From IMG/VR virus record IMGVR_UViG_3300046167_000798: a stretch of DNA of 64,000 nucleotides. One strand, written 5' to 3'. The position numbers and the translations under genes were made by a program. This DNA is from a virus. Lineage: Duplodnaviria > Caudoviricetes. Positions within the stretch are counted from its first letter, which is position 1, and each line of letters opens with the position of its first letter. Shown in pieces: positions 30,701 to 42,200 of this stretch. Under the pieces are notes generated by a model. It was given only the letters and a program-made list of their open reading frames with translations, was not told where the DNA came from and ran no database searches.

Positions 30701-32628
30701 TCTCCATTGGTGTTTAAGTATCTTGTATCGAATGTAGATGTTAATTGTGAAGAACCACTAATTACACCTTCATCGTTTATTTTATTTTTTACTCTAACAT
30801 CAGTATAGTAAAGATTACTACCTTCAGTTACTTGGTCTGTATCAATACCTGTTAGTAATCCACCTTCTCCTTTGAATCCTACTGATGAACTTACTTGAGC
30901 ATCAAATACGAATTGAGATGTATTGTGGTCCCATTGTAATGATTTATTAGCACCATCAATCTCTATACCTGCACCATCAGCAGCTGCCGAATCAACTGAA
31001 CCACTTGCAACAGTAATAAGTTTATCTTCGATTCTTAATTCAGTAGAAGATATTTCTGTTGCTGAACCTAAAACTGTAAAATCTCCTGTAATTGTAACAT
31101 CTCCTGTAAATGAACCAGTATTAAATGTTACGTTTGATGTTGATGATAGATTCTGATTTATAGTATCTAATTGTGCTTTATTAGAATGAGTATGTATATC
31201 TGATTCTAAAGAATCTAAACGTGCATCTAAAGATGTTGAAACAGAAGTTCCTACAAATAGTGAATTTACTTGAGTTGAACCACTAACTACATTATCACCA
31301 TTTATTTCTAAGAATTTATTATATCCACTAATCTGAGCAGATGATGAAACAACGTTATCACCATTAATTTCTAAAAATACATTATCTAATTGACCCGAAC
31401 CTGATATAACTCCATCGGAGTTCATTTTTGATTTTACATTTGAATCAAAATTGGTTATTGTATTAGCATTTACCTGTACAGATGAACTAAATACATTATC
31501 ACCATTGGTATTTAAATACCTTGTATCAAATTCAGTTGTTAGTTGAGAAGAACCACTAAGTACTCCCTCGGTATTTAATTTATTTTTTACTCTAGTATCT
31601 GTATAATATAGATTTGTATTTTCTGATAAATTTGCAGTTGTTGCAGTTCCTAAGAACGAACCACTATGTACATTTTCATCATTTAATTTTGTTTTTACAT
31701 TTGAATCAAAATTGGTTATTGTATTAGCATTTACCTGTACAGATGAACTAAATACATTATCACCATCTTTTTCTAAGAATTTGTTATATCCACTAATTTG
31801 AGCAGATGATGAAACAACGTTATCACCATCTTTTTCTAAGAATTTATCATATGCACTTATTTGAGCAGATGATGAAACAATGTTACTTCCATGTAAAATT
31901 TGAGATGAACCACTAATTACATTTTCTGCATTTAATTTATCTTTTACATTACTATCAAAGTTTGTAATTGTATTTGCATTTACTTGTGCAGATGAACTAA
32001 ATACATTATCACCATTTACCTTTAAGAATCCAAGTGAATCAATTTGTGCGGATGAAGATACTACTGAATCTCCATTTATTTCTAAAAATTTGTTATATCC
32101 ACTAATCTGAGCAGATGAAGATACTACTGAATCTCCGTTTATTTCTAAAAATGTGTTATATCCACTAATTTGAGCCGATGAACTAACTACATTATCACCA
32201 TTTATTTCTAAGAAAGAATTATATCCACTAATTTGAGCAGATGAAGAAATAATGTTACTTCCTGGCAGTGAATTAACATATAAATTTCTATATTTTTTAG
32301 AAAGTGTACCTAAGTCATGTGTATTATCAGCATCAGGTATAAGAGAACCACTAAGTTCTGCATTAATAGTAATATTATCATTTGCAATCTCATCACCTAA
32401 TATAATATTACCTTTTATTGTTAAATCATTTGCAACATGAATATATGATGCAGATACAGTTCCACTTATACTTACAGTATTTACTGTATTTGAACCTGAT
32501 TTTAAAAGAATATGAGAGTTTGAGCCATCTCCAACCACCAAAGTATTTAAACTTGAGTGATAGAAAAGCTCTGATTGTTGAAGTGAGGGAATGGATGTTC
32601 CTCTTCTTAGTTTTAATATAGCTGCCAT
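27787..32628 (-). CDS. Long repetitive tail fibre (1613 aa) with S74 chaperone
   Basis: MAAILKLRRG N-terminus; many FLEINGDNVVSSSAQI repeats; C-terminus SDERLKNNI..YGVIAQEIE..VKYDKIIPLLIEGIK. Confidence 0.85.
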   Translation of the reverse strand: MAAILKLRRGTSIPSLQQSELFYHSSLNTLVVGDGSNSHILLKSGSNTVNTVSISGTVSASYIHVANDLTIKGNIILGDEIANDNITINAELSGSLIPDADNTHDLGTLSKKYRNLYVNSLPGSNIISSSAQISGYNSFLEINGDNVVSSSAQISGYNTFLEINGDSVVSSSAQISGYNKFLEINGDSVVSSSAQIDSLGFLKVNGDNVFSSSAQVNANTITNFDSNVKDKLNAENVISGSSQILHGSNIVSSSAQISAYDKFLEKDGDNVVSSSAQISGYNKFLEKDGDNVFSSSVQVNANTITNFDSNVKTKLNDENVHSGSFLGTATTANLSENTNLYYTDTRVKNKLNTEGVLSGSSQLTTEFDTRYLNTNGDNVFSSSVQVNANTITNFDSNVKSKMNSDGVISGSGQLDNVFLEINGDNVVSSSAQISGYNKFLEINGDNVVSGSTQVNSLFVGTSVSTSLDARLDSLESDIHTHSNKAQLDTINQNLSSTSNVTFNTGSFTGDVTITGDFTVLGSATEISSTELRIEDKLITVASGSVDSAAADGAGIEIDGANKSLQWDHNTSQFVFDAQVSSSVGFKGEGGLLTGIDTDQVTEGSNLYYTDVRVKNKINDEGVISGSSQLTSTFDTRYLNTNGDGVISSSAQLTGDLDLRYLEIDGDNVVSSSAQITLANTTGNLDGSRVVGNIQASSVEYSNVLNKPTLFSGSAQVSLSGFSTSDLSEGSNEYYTDTKVKTKLNTEGVISGSGQLTSTFDSRYLNTNGDDVISSSAQISHDDTTGFVTSEHIDHSSISVGSGKGLSGGGTIDTNRSITLDTGSVHFTNGIKEKINDEGVISGSSQVSLTSVTGYNSNEHFTQGNITTVGTVTSGDISAILPSGLVSGSVFSSPSQGTVRAQINGVNQDVDTGLQTGDSPTFQGVTLTNLGTLAIGQQTALFSGSAGQIGKRVLGTSAFFNVSASIADDPNSIPTTKAVNDALISAGAGDITEVNPSSVFSDATTGLIHLPTGTEVGGAKGVQGNIHIAVSTGSAHFTGGVKTKLNAEGVFSSSAQLSADFLDTLGDGVVSSSAQIQNYNLFLEKDGDSVVSGSSQVDVSQTTNYSSINQYSDTKVKTKLNTEGVISGSSQLTSVFDSRYLNTNGDSVVSSSAQIDYNSIQNQPTTISSGQSNKLAFISITQAVDLDTLETNVGTNSSKVGYTDALVKAKLNTEGVLSGSAQITNGSGLVSSSAQIDSLGFLKVEGDSVVSSSAQIDYNSIQNQPTTITGGQASAISTNTGKVGYTDALVKAKLNEETVVSGSSQITLSSVTGYNSNEHFTQGNITTLGTVTAGNVTAILPSGVISGSTQLTSNLNSVYLEINGDSVVSGSSQINSLFAGTAVSTSLDSRLDSLESDTHTHSNKANLDTINQNLATTNNVTFADGDFTGDVQINGSLVVQGSATELQVTELRIEDKVITVASGSADSAAADGAGIEIAGANESITWNHANSRFQISDDIHVTGTIKASDDIVAYASSDERLKNNIQPIQNPLEKINEISGNTFDWNEEKQDTYKGKDYGVIAQEIEKILPELVHTKESGFKSVKYDKIIPLLIEGIKDLNKEVIELKKIIKESK
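31720..32260 (-). repeat. Imperfect 63-bp (21-aa) tandem repeat array
   Basis: YNxFLEINGD[NS]VVSSSAQISG repeated many times, e.g. plus-strand ttatatccactaat(t/c)tgagc units. Confidence 0.85.
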
Positions 32629-32735
32629 CTAAATTTTATTTCCCATTTATTTTATATAAATATACCTTAATGTAGGTTTTGGGTTGCAACATAATACAAC
32701 TCCACCTATATAAGTATAAAATCTCCAAAAACTAT

Positions 32736-32770
32736 AAAAAAAATCCCCCAACTCAAAGAAGGGGGATTTT
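32736..32770 (-). terminator. Rho-independent terminator
   Basis: AATCCCCC-loop-GGGGGATT followed by a T run on the minus strand. Confidence 0.75.
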
Positions 32771-32791
32771 AAATTTATTTAGTATATTCTA

Positions 32792-35407
32792 TTAGAATGT
32801 ACCTCCATCAATTTCGTTACTTGCAACGAATGATGAACCATTCCATTGAATTACATCACCTGCCGTAGAAGGTGTAACTGATTCAAGAGATTTGTTTGAA
32901 TCATAGTAAACGAATGAATTAGCAGTTGCTGAATTAACTCTTAATTCCGCAGTTCCACTTATTGTTACGTTTGTTCCATCATCAGTAATCAATGAATCAA
33001 CTAATAATCCACTAGCATTAGATTTAAGTACTGTGTTAGAAGTAGGAGTTGCATTTAATAAAGCAATTTCCTTTTCACCTCCAAGTGCACCAGCCATCCA
33101 ATGGTCTTCAGATGCATCCCATAGTAAAGAACCACTAACTGTAGCTCCACCAACAGCATCAGATACTAAGATACCTGCATCACCACTAGCTCCACCATAG
33201 TTAAGTTCTAAAACTCTATCACCGATATTAACAGTAGTTGAATCAATTGTTGTAGTTGTACCTTCAACAGTTAAATCACCAGTTACTCTTACATTACCAG
33301 TAAGTGTTGGGTTAGTTACGATACCAACTTGTATTTGATTATTAGTTACTGCAGTTTCGATTTCGTTTGCAGTACCAACAACCGCTAAGGTATCTACACC
33401 AACGTTTACTACATCAGTACTTGAACCATCACCAACTGTTAATCCTAATGAACCAGATGTTAAACCTGAACCATCAAAATCAATTTTTGAGTGATTAATT
33501 GCTGCTGAAGCATTAATGTGAGTATTTGTAATACCACCACTCTTAACACTTACTGTTCTAGCGGCAGAACCATTAAAGGTTGTTCCACTATTTAAAGCAA
33601 TTGTTGAATCATCAACTGTTAAGTTATTTAAGTTACCACCAAGAGTTACACCTGATATAGTTTTGTTTGAACCTAAAGCCGAACCATCAATTTGACCCGA
33701 ACCAGATACGATACCAGTTGCATCACTATTAATTTTAGAGAAAGCAATTGCCGCATTTGAAGCAATAGATGCATTTACAACCGCATTTGCAGCCAATTCA
33801 TCAGCTCCAACCGCATCATCAGCTAACATCGAGTTAACTACTTTTTGAGCTCCGATTGCAGAAACACCACTTGAATTTACAGTTACATCACCTGTCATGT
33901 CAGTTAATTGACCTGAACCTGATACTACTGAATCTCCATTTGTGTTTAAGAAATTACCAGATAATTGTGCAGAAGATGAAAATACACCTTCAGCATTTAA
34001 TTTAGTTTTTACACCACCAGTAAATGTTGAAGAAGCAGTTGCTAATTCAATATTATCTGCATTTGCAACAATACCATTGTTTGCAGATACTACATTTATT
34101 GTTCTAGTTGCCGCAATTGTACCACCACCAGTTAAACCAGTTCCAGCAGTTACACTTACTGAAGTATGGTCAATGTGGTCATTTGCATCGTAATCAGATA
34201 AACCACTTAAAGCGATTTGACCTGAAGCTGATACGATACCTTGTCCTTTAGCCAATAATATATCATATTCCGAACCAGATGCTCCAGCAATCCATTTATC
34301 ATTTGTAGCATCCCATAGTAAAGAACCTGATACTTGATTTGGAGCAGTTACATCTCCAATCATTAAACCACCATTTGCAGCTCCTGTACCATTAAGTTCA
34401 ATGATATTATCACCGATATTAACAGTTGTAGAAGATACACTTGTTGTAGTTCCTTGTACAGTAAAGTTACCTGTTACAGTTACATTACCACTAAGAGTTG
34501 GGTTAGTTACGATACCGATAGCAACTTGGTTATCAGTTACAGTTGTTTCAATTTCGTTTGCAGTACCTGCGAAAGTTAAAGTATCAACTCCAACTTGAGC
34601 AACATCAGTACCAGTTCCACCAGCAATTGATAAACCTAATGAACCAGATGTTAAACCTGAACCATCGAAATCAATTTTAGTATGGTCAAGTGCACCATTT
34701 GCAGTATTTGTATTTGAAACTACTACTTGAGATGAACCAGATACGATACCAGTTGCATCACTATTAATTTTTGAAAATGCAATTGCCGCATTTGAAGCAA
34801 CAGATGCATTTACTACTGCATTTGAAGCTAATTCATCAGCTCCAACTGCATCATCAGCTAACATTGAGTTAACTACTTTTTGTGCTCCTATCGCAGAAAC
34901 TCCTGAAGAGTTTACAGTTATATCACCTGTCATATCAGTTAACTGACCTGAACCAGATATTACACTATCTCCATTGATTTCTAAGAATGTTGAAGTTAAT
35001 TGTGCAGATGAAGAAATTACTCCATCTCCATTGTTCTTCAAAAATCCTAAACCATCGATTTGAGCAGAAGATGAAACAATTCCTGTTCCATTTGTACTTG
35101 CCGTTGCTTTTACTTCAGTATTTCCACCTTTACCTAAAATGTAAAGTTTTTCTTCTGAAGTATTATAAAACGGAATACCATCAATTGAGTGTCCATAAGA
35201 ACCCCCAGTTAAATTAGGTGTTGATGAACCTGATAATATCTTGTTTGATGGGGTTACGGTAGAACCATCGATTCCTACCATTAAGATTCCATCATTTACT
35301 GCAGATATTCCGGAAGAACCAGTAATAACGAGTAATTCACCCGCTCTTTTAGTTGCACCAGATACGGATTCAAGGCCACCACGTCTGTGTTTAATAATTT
35401 GTGCCAT
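32792..35407 (-). CDS. Tail fibre protein with large internal duplication
   Basis: MAQIIKHRRG N-terminus; two copies of QLTDMTGD.TVNSSGVSAIGAQKVVNSMLADDAVGADEL and of KIDFDGSGLTSGSLGL...GIVTNPTL; ends IDGGTF. Confidence 0.8.
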   Translation of the reverse strand: MAQIIKHRRGGLESVSGATKRAGELLVITGSSGISAVNDGILMVGIDGSTVTPSNKILSGSSTPNLTGGSYGHSIDGIPFYNTSEEKLYILGKGGNTEVKATASTNGTGIVSSSAQIDGLGFLKNNGDGVISSSAQLTSTFLEINGDSVISGSGQLTDMTGDITVNSSGVSAIGAQKVVNSMLADDAVGADELASNAVVNASVASNAAIAFSKINSDATGIVSGSSQVVVSNTNTANGALDHTKIDFDGSGLTSGSLGLSIAGGTGTDVAQVGVDTLTFAGTANEIETTVTDNQVAIGIVTNPTLSGNVTVTGNFTVQGTTTSVSSTTVNIGDNIIELNGTGAANGGLMIGDVTAPNQVSGSLLWDATNDKWIAGASGSEYDILLAKGQGIVSASGQIALSGLSDYDANDHIDHTSVSVTAGTGLTGGGTIAATRTINVVSANNGIVANADNIELATASSTFTGGVKTKLNAEGVFSSSAQLSGNFLNTNGDSVVSGSGQLTDMTGDVTVNSSGVSAIGAQKVVNSMLADDAVGADELAANAVVNASIASNAAIAFSKINSDATGIVSGSGQIDGSALGSNKTISGVTLGGNLNNLTVDDSTIALNSGTTFNGSAARTVSVKSGGITNTHINASAAINHSKIDFDGSGLTSGSLGLTVGDGSSTDVVNVGVDTLAVVGTANEIETAVTNNQIQVGIVTNPTLTGNVRVTGDLTVEGTTTTIDSTTVNIGDRVLELNYGGASGDAGILVSDAVGGATVSGSLLWDASEDHWMAGALGGEKEIALLNATPTSNTVLKSNASGLLVDSLITDDGTNVTISGTAELRVNSATANSFVYYDSNKSLESVTPSTAGDVIQWNGSSFVASNEIDGGTF

Positions 35408-35573
35408 TTTAATTTTTTTCCTTTGTTTTGTTAATTAAATTTGTTTTGTTAACTATAACCTTTATTTTTTTTAAATCAACAGGACATATGCCGTATTGGT
35501 CAATTAAATTCTGATTCCTATGTAGGAATACGATTATAAATATGAAAAGTTAGAAGAAAAGTTTTAGATTCTG

Positions 35574-36167
35574 TTATATATTTCCACCATCGATAGTTGT
35601 CTTCTGAACACCACCTACAAAATGTGCCGAACCTGTATTTAAATTAATTCCTGAAGAGCTTAAATTAATTCCACTTCCAGCCACTAATTCAAGTACAACG
35701 TTACCACTCGATGCACCACCTGTAATACCTTGGTCTGATGTGAAAACTGCAGTGATATCACCACCTCCACCTCCTCCTCCACCACCGGAGCCAGTTAATG
35801 CAGATAAATCAATTGATTGAGATATTCTTGTAGAACCATCTATATTTTGACCAAATAATGTTAAAGTATGAGTTCCATCAAATGAGGCAGATACAAATGA
35901 ACCACTATCAAAAGAAAATTGGGAAAATGATACTGTATCAGTAAAAGAGAATGGTGGATTTGCAAGAGATACATTTGCTGTATATAAAGAAGCACTATCA
36001 GATAAATAGATAATCTGTCCATCCGAAAAATAATTCGGTGAAGTAGCTTGAGCATCTGCTGAAGTATATATCTTAAAGGCACCTTTGATTCTTTCAACTT
36101 CTGCTAATATTATATTACCAGCTTTTGCCGAATCATTTAAACCTACTTGTCCTGGAAAAAACGGCAT
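35574..36167 (-). CDS. Gly-rich structural protein
   Basis: AGGAG SD and late-promoter motif; poly-Gly linker; ends IDGGNI. Confidence 0.7.
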   Translation of the reverse strand: MPFFPGQVGLNDSAKAGNIILAEVERIKGAFKIYTSADAQATSPNYFSDGQIIYLSDSASLYTANVSLANPPFSFTDTVSFSQFSFDSGSFVSASFDGTHTLTLFGQNIDGSTRISQSIDLSALTGSGGGGGGGGGDITAVFTSDQGITGGASSGNVVLELVAGSGINLSSSGINLNTGSAHFVGGVQKTTIDGGNI

Positions 36168-36222
36168 TAGTTATTCTCCTTTTTATTTGTTAAACTCATT
36201 ATATAAATATACATTTTCATCA

Positions 36223-39200
36223 TTATGCCCCTCCACTTCCACTTGATGGATTTAATCCTAGATTGAAGTTTGTTGAACTTGCAAGTTGGCCAGTTGCACC
36301 TACTATAAACCATTTAGTAAATCCAAGATGTGATGTTCCTAATGTTATTTGATTAATTTCTGATGTTTCAACTGTACTTGTACCATCAACTGTTGTTCCA
36401 TCTGTTCCTACTTCTAATACATATTCTCCTGCAGTTGAACCCCCAAAACCATTTGCTGTACTTGTTGGAAACCCAGTCATTGATGAACCACTTGGCATTA
36501 AAATTGCAAAGTGTTTCGATGAATTTCTAGTTATTACACCACTAGTACCCATGGCTCTTAATACATCGTGTACATTATCACCAGTACCTTCTGCTAATTT
36601 ATTTGAAGTAATTGTACTCCCATATGAATATGTAAATGAACTATCTCCAAGTACATCTCCATTTATAACTTTATCTACAAATCCAATTCCACTATATGGT
36701 GTTGCTACCGGTGGAGTTGAACTATCTTCTGATTGAATACCCAAAGCAGTATTATATGTTGCATTGTCAAATCCTACATCATAAACATATATTTTACCAT
36801 TATTTGCTGATGCATCAACTGTGATTGTTTCACCAGTTAATGTTACCGATTCATCATAATTATCAGTTACAGTAATATTGATTGTATAAGTTCCAGCCGC
36901 CAATGAAGCTTTTGGTTGTATTTCAAATGGAGATGATGTTCCACTAACATCAAATTGACTTCCATGTGTTCCACCAAGTGTAATTGTAAATGGTGAATTA
37001 GATTCTGTATCTGTTACTACCAACGCACCTGCATCAGAACCACTTGTTGCATTATCACTTTCATAATTTGATGAAGATGTAAATGATGCTACTGGTGATG
37101 AGTTACCAAATACTGTTGCAGTTACTACTCCACTTCCTATATTATCATATTGGTCTCTAAATGTGATTGTACTTTGGAATGTATCTGTACTTTGAGTAAC
37201 AGAACCACTTAAATTTACATTAAGAGTTAAATTACCACTATTATCTACTGCAATAGATGACATTGATGATGTATATGATTGTACAACAGGTGAACCATGT
37301 GATGGAGAATATGAAACACTTAGTTGAGCAGCATTTCCTTGATTAAATCCTGTTTGGTCTCTAAATACATCTCCACTTTCTGCAGATTCTATAATATAAA
37401 TTGCAGTATCTCCACCAAGAGAACCAGTAGATGATTGTGCTATTGTAAATGTGTTACTTACAGTCGTTGTACTAAATCCATGAACATCTTGTATTGATGC
37501 AGTATAAGGATACGTTCCAGCTGGTACTGAAGTATTATTCACTAACAATTTCATACTTGGAGTTGAGATTGATGGAGTAAAATAAGTTGAATTAAATCCA
37601 CTAAATGATAATCCACTATTTGGAATTGAATCACTTTCAGTATCACTAACTACTAAGTTAAGTATTTGTGCCGAACCAGTTGCTTGGTTTGTATTCAAGT
37701 TAGAAGTTGAAGTTGAACTTACAGTTGGTGCGTTGTTTTGAGCAATGTTGACTGTAATTGAATCACTACCATTATTTCCATATTGGTCATTCCAAGATAT
37801 TGTAGATGTAATTGTTTCTCCATTTGTATTTCCACTACCACTAATATTTCCACCAGCTTTCAATTTACCATTTGATGAATCAATTGCAATTAATGCATTT
37901 GATGAAGCAAAGTTTGTAGCTGATTGTGAACCATAGTTTGGTGAGTAAGAAACACTTACTTCTCCTTGTGTTCCTGTTCTACCATTTGAATTAGTAAATA
38001 TGAAATCATTATTAAGTGCTGATTCAATAATATAGAAAGTACCATTTTCACTCATTGAACCTAAATTAGCAGATGCAATAGTTACAGTTCTATCATATTC
38101 AGATACTTGATATCCATCTGAAACACTAACTTTATATGTATATGAACCTCCTGCTAAATCTTGTTTAGTTTTTAATTGTACCGAAGATGTGTTTGAATTT
38201 TGTGGTACAACATCAATCTTACTTGCATCAGTTCCACTTAGTGAAATACTATAAGGTACATCTGCTTCTGTATCAGTAATTGTGAAACTTTCTACTAAAC
38301 TTCCACTAACCATTTGGTTTTCATTATAGATACTTGTATTTTGTGTAAATGAAGCAGATGGATGATTATTTGCAAATACATTAACTGTTACATTTCCACT
38401 TCCAGCATTACCATATTGGTCTTGGAATCCAATTGTAGATACAATAGTATCTCCACTACCAGTAGATGAACCACTAATATGAGATGCCAATGATAATTGT
38501 CCATTTGTATTAATTGCAATTGCTGAATTTGATGAAGTCCAAGATGAACCTTGTACTGCTTGTGAACCATAGTTTGGTGAGTACGATACTGTCATTTGTG
38601 ATTGATTACCTGCACCAAATCCACTTGCATCTCTAATTGCTTCTCCACTTTTTCCTGATTCTATGATATAAGAAGTTGTATCTCCTCCAAGTGTACCATT
38701 ATCAGCAGCTGCGATGGTAAGTGTTCTACCTGTATAATCTGATGATTCACTATAAGAATCAGTAACTCTTAGATTATAGTTTAAAGTACCAGCAGATAAA
38801 TCTTCATTTGCTCGTATATAAAGAGAGGATGATGTTCCATTTGTATAATTGATATTAAGTTTGGATGCATCAGTACCGGATAGTGAAGCTGAGTAAGGAG
38901 TATCACCCTCTGTATCTGTTATTGTAACTAAAACTAAATTAGAATTAGTTACTGCTAAATTTGCATTTAGATTAGATGTTTGATTTGTAAATGAAGCACT
39001 TGGGAAATGATTAGGTAAAATTACTACACTTAAACTATCAGTAGTTGTTGTACCGAAAGTATTTGTAAATGTAATTGTTGAATCTAATGATTGTCCACTT
39101 TGTTTAGCCGAACCACTTACATGAAATCCTAATGATAAATTACCACTTGAATTTATTGAAATTTCTGAATTAGATGATGCCCAAGTACCACTTTGATTTG

Positions 39201-42200
39201 AATTATAATCTGCAGTAGTTGAACCATAGTTTGTTGTTTTTATAGTTGTACCATTTTCTTCAGATTCTTTGATATAAGGCCCTGCTGACCAGTTATCTGA
39301 AAGTGTTGCTGGTGTATCATCTATAATATTGATAGTTGCAACAGATGCAGATGAAATTTGTGCATTATAATTATCTCTTACTTGTACTCTATATTGATAA
39401 GAGTTTATTAAATCAGAATTTATTACAACACCAGTTTTTCTTGTTACATTACCACTCGAATCCATTTGGAAAGGATTTTCATGTGGGTCTGTTAATTGTG
39501 AAGTACCACCATATGAACCACTTGTTACTTCTGAACCATCTAATAATAATTTATGTAAATCAAATGTTACGAAAGATATACTATCTCCTTCACTATCAGT
39601 TGCCGATATAGAGCCAACTGATGCTCCATTTGATGAATTTTCGTTTATTGAACCTACAACTTGTGAATTTACAACTGGTACTAAGTTATCAGTTACATTT
39701 ACTGTAATTGGTAAGATAGTTCTTGAATCAGAATCTTGTCCATTTACATAATGTTCATCCGAAGCAGTTATACTAAAGTTGTAAGTTGTTTTTGTTCGTA
39801 ATCTAACGAACTTGTATTTTGTCTAATATCAACATAAGTTGAATATTTTGTTACATCGAAATGATTACCATCAATCGATGAAGAAGTGATAGTGATTGAA
39901 TCACTTTCTACATCAGTAAAGAAAACTCTTTTTACTAAAGTATCATTTGCAGAACTTTCATTTAAGTTTGCAGTTACCGAAGTAATAACATTTCCACTTA
40001 CCGAATTTTCTCTAAATTTAGGAGCTTCGTTTGGAGTTACAATTATATAAATATCCTTTGTAACAGTTGTATTAAAAGTATCTGTTGCAGTTACTTCAAC
40101 CTTATGTCCATGTGCACCACTAACCGAATCAGTATTGAAAGATGCAGAAGTTGGTAAAGAATTTAATGTCATTACACCATTTGATGCAACTCTTACTAAA
40201 TCATCACTATATGCTGATGATGTTCCGAATGTTAATGATTGTCCTTCAGGGTCTGTTCCTGTTACTGTTACAATCGTTGAACCATTTGTAGTGTATTCTG
40301 AAATTGTTTGATTACCAGTTGTTATACTTGGTGCACTATTTGGATAAAATATTGCATTTAAGAAATCTGTTACTGAACCACTTGTACCAGGATTAAATGA
40401 TGATGTAAAGAATGCTGGTAATTTATCTTGTGATATTACTCTATTTCCATCGAAATCAGTTGAACCTCCACTTGAACTAATAATATAGTTTCCACTACCA
40501 GAATTTATTGTAATATTTGTACCTGGTAATATTGAACCACTTAAAACAGTTGTTCCATCTAAAGTTCTAAGAACACTTCCACTAATTACTCCTGTTCCAT
40601 CTAAAGTTCTTAATACAGAACCACTAATTACTCCACTACCATCTAAAGTTCTAAGTACACTTCCACTAATTACTCCACTACCATCTAAAGTTCTAAGTAC
40701 ACTTCCACTAACTACGCCGGTTCCATCTAAAGTTCTTAATACTGAACCACTTATAATATTACTACCATCAGTAATTTGAGTTGAACCACTAACTAATCCA
40801 CTTGGTACATTTGTTAGTTGAGTAAAATCACTCGTTCCACCACCACTACCAAATCCACTTGAAGCGGCTGATGCTGAAATATATGCATCTGTAATTATTG
40901 AAGTTATTTGTGCTGAACCACTAATTACTCCCGCAGGTAAACCTGCCGTTATATCGTTTGAAATTACCCAATATCCATCATAGTAAACATAAAGATTACC
41001 ATCATTGGATTTCCACCATAAATCACCTTCTGAAGGCGAGCTTGGTGCCGAATCTGAAACAGTTACACTTGCTCCACCACCACTAGCCGAAGAAGATATT
41101 TCAAAATTATTTCCAACTTGATTTATTGTAATACTTGTTCCTGCTACCAATGAGCCACTAAATACACCTGTTCCATCAAGTGTTCTTAATACCGAACCAC
41201 TTATAATTCCACTACCATCAGTAATTTGTGATGAACCACTAATTACACCACCTGGTAATAAAGTTGTAATAGAACCACTTAAAACATTATCTGTATTAAG
41301 TTTTGATTTTATTGTTGTATCGATAGATGATGTAAATGATTCTAATGCAGCATCTCTTTGTCTACTTGAAGTATAGTGATTTGCAAATGCAGTATCGTTT
41401 GTTGTATCAGTTGAGTTAACTAAATCTACAATTTCTACGAATTGGTCATAATCTGCATTAGCACCACTTAGTATATTATCTATTCTTGATTTCTCTGTGA
41501 GGATTCTTGAATCTACTGAAGAACTATATGAACCACTAACCAATCCACTAGGAAGTTGTGATACCAATGAACCACTTAAGATTCCTGTTCCATCAAATGT
41601 TCTAATGACAGAACCACTAACTACTCCTGTTCCATCCAAAGTTCTTAATACAGAACCACTTACAACACCAGTACCATCAAATGTTCTAATAACAGAACCA
41701 CTAACTACACCATCACCACTTGCATTAATATATCGTGTATCAAACTCAGTAGTTAATTGTGCCGATGAAGAAATTGTTCCTGCTGGTACTGAACCTCCAC
41801 TACCTGTTGGTATGGTTACAGTATTTCCATCTGATATTGTAAGTTGGTCTCCACTAATAGAAAGTGATTGAGTATCCGAACCTGTATTATCAGTTGCGTT
41901 TTCTAAAGTATCTAATCTTGTATCTACTGAAGATGAGAATGAAGTGAATGTTGAACCACTAATAATACCTTTAGGAAGTTGGTTAATAATTGAACCACTT
42001 AAAATTCCGCTTCCATCAGTTATTTGTACAGATGAAGAAACCAAACCACTTGGTTTACCACTTAATCCACTAAAAGTTATTTGAGATGAACCACTAACAG
42101 TTCCACTTGGTAAATAAGTTAGTATTGAACCACTTATAACACCACTACCATCCAAAGTTCTAAGAACACTTCCACTAACTACACCACTACCATCAAATGT

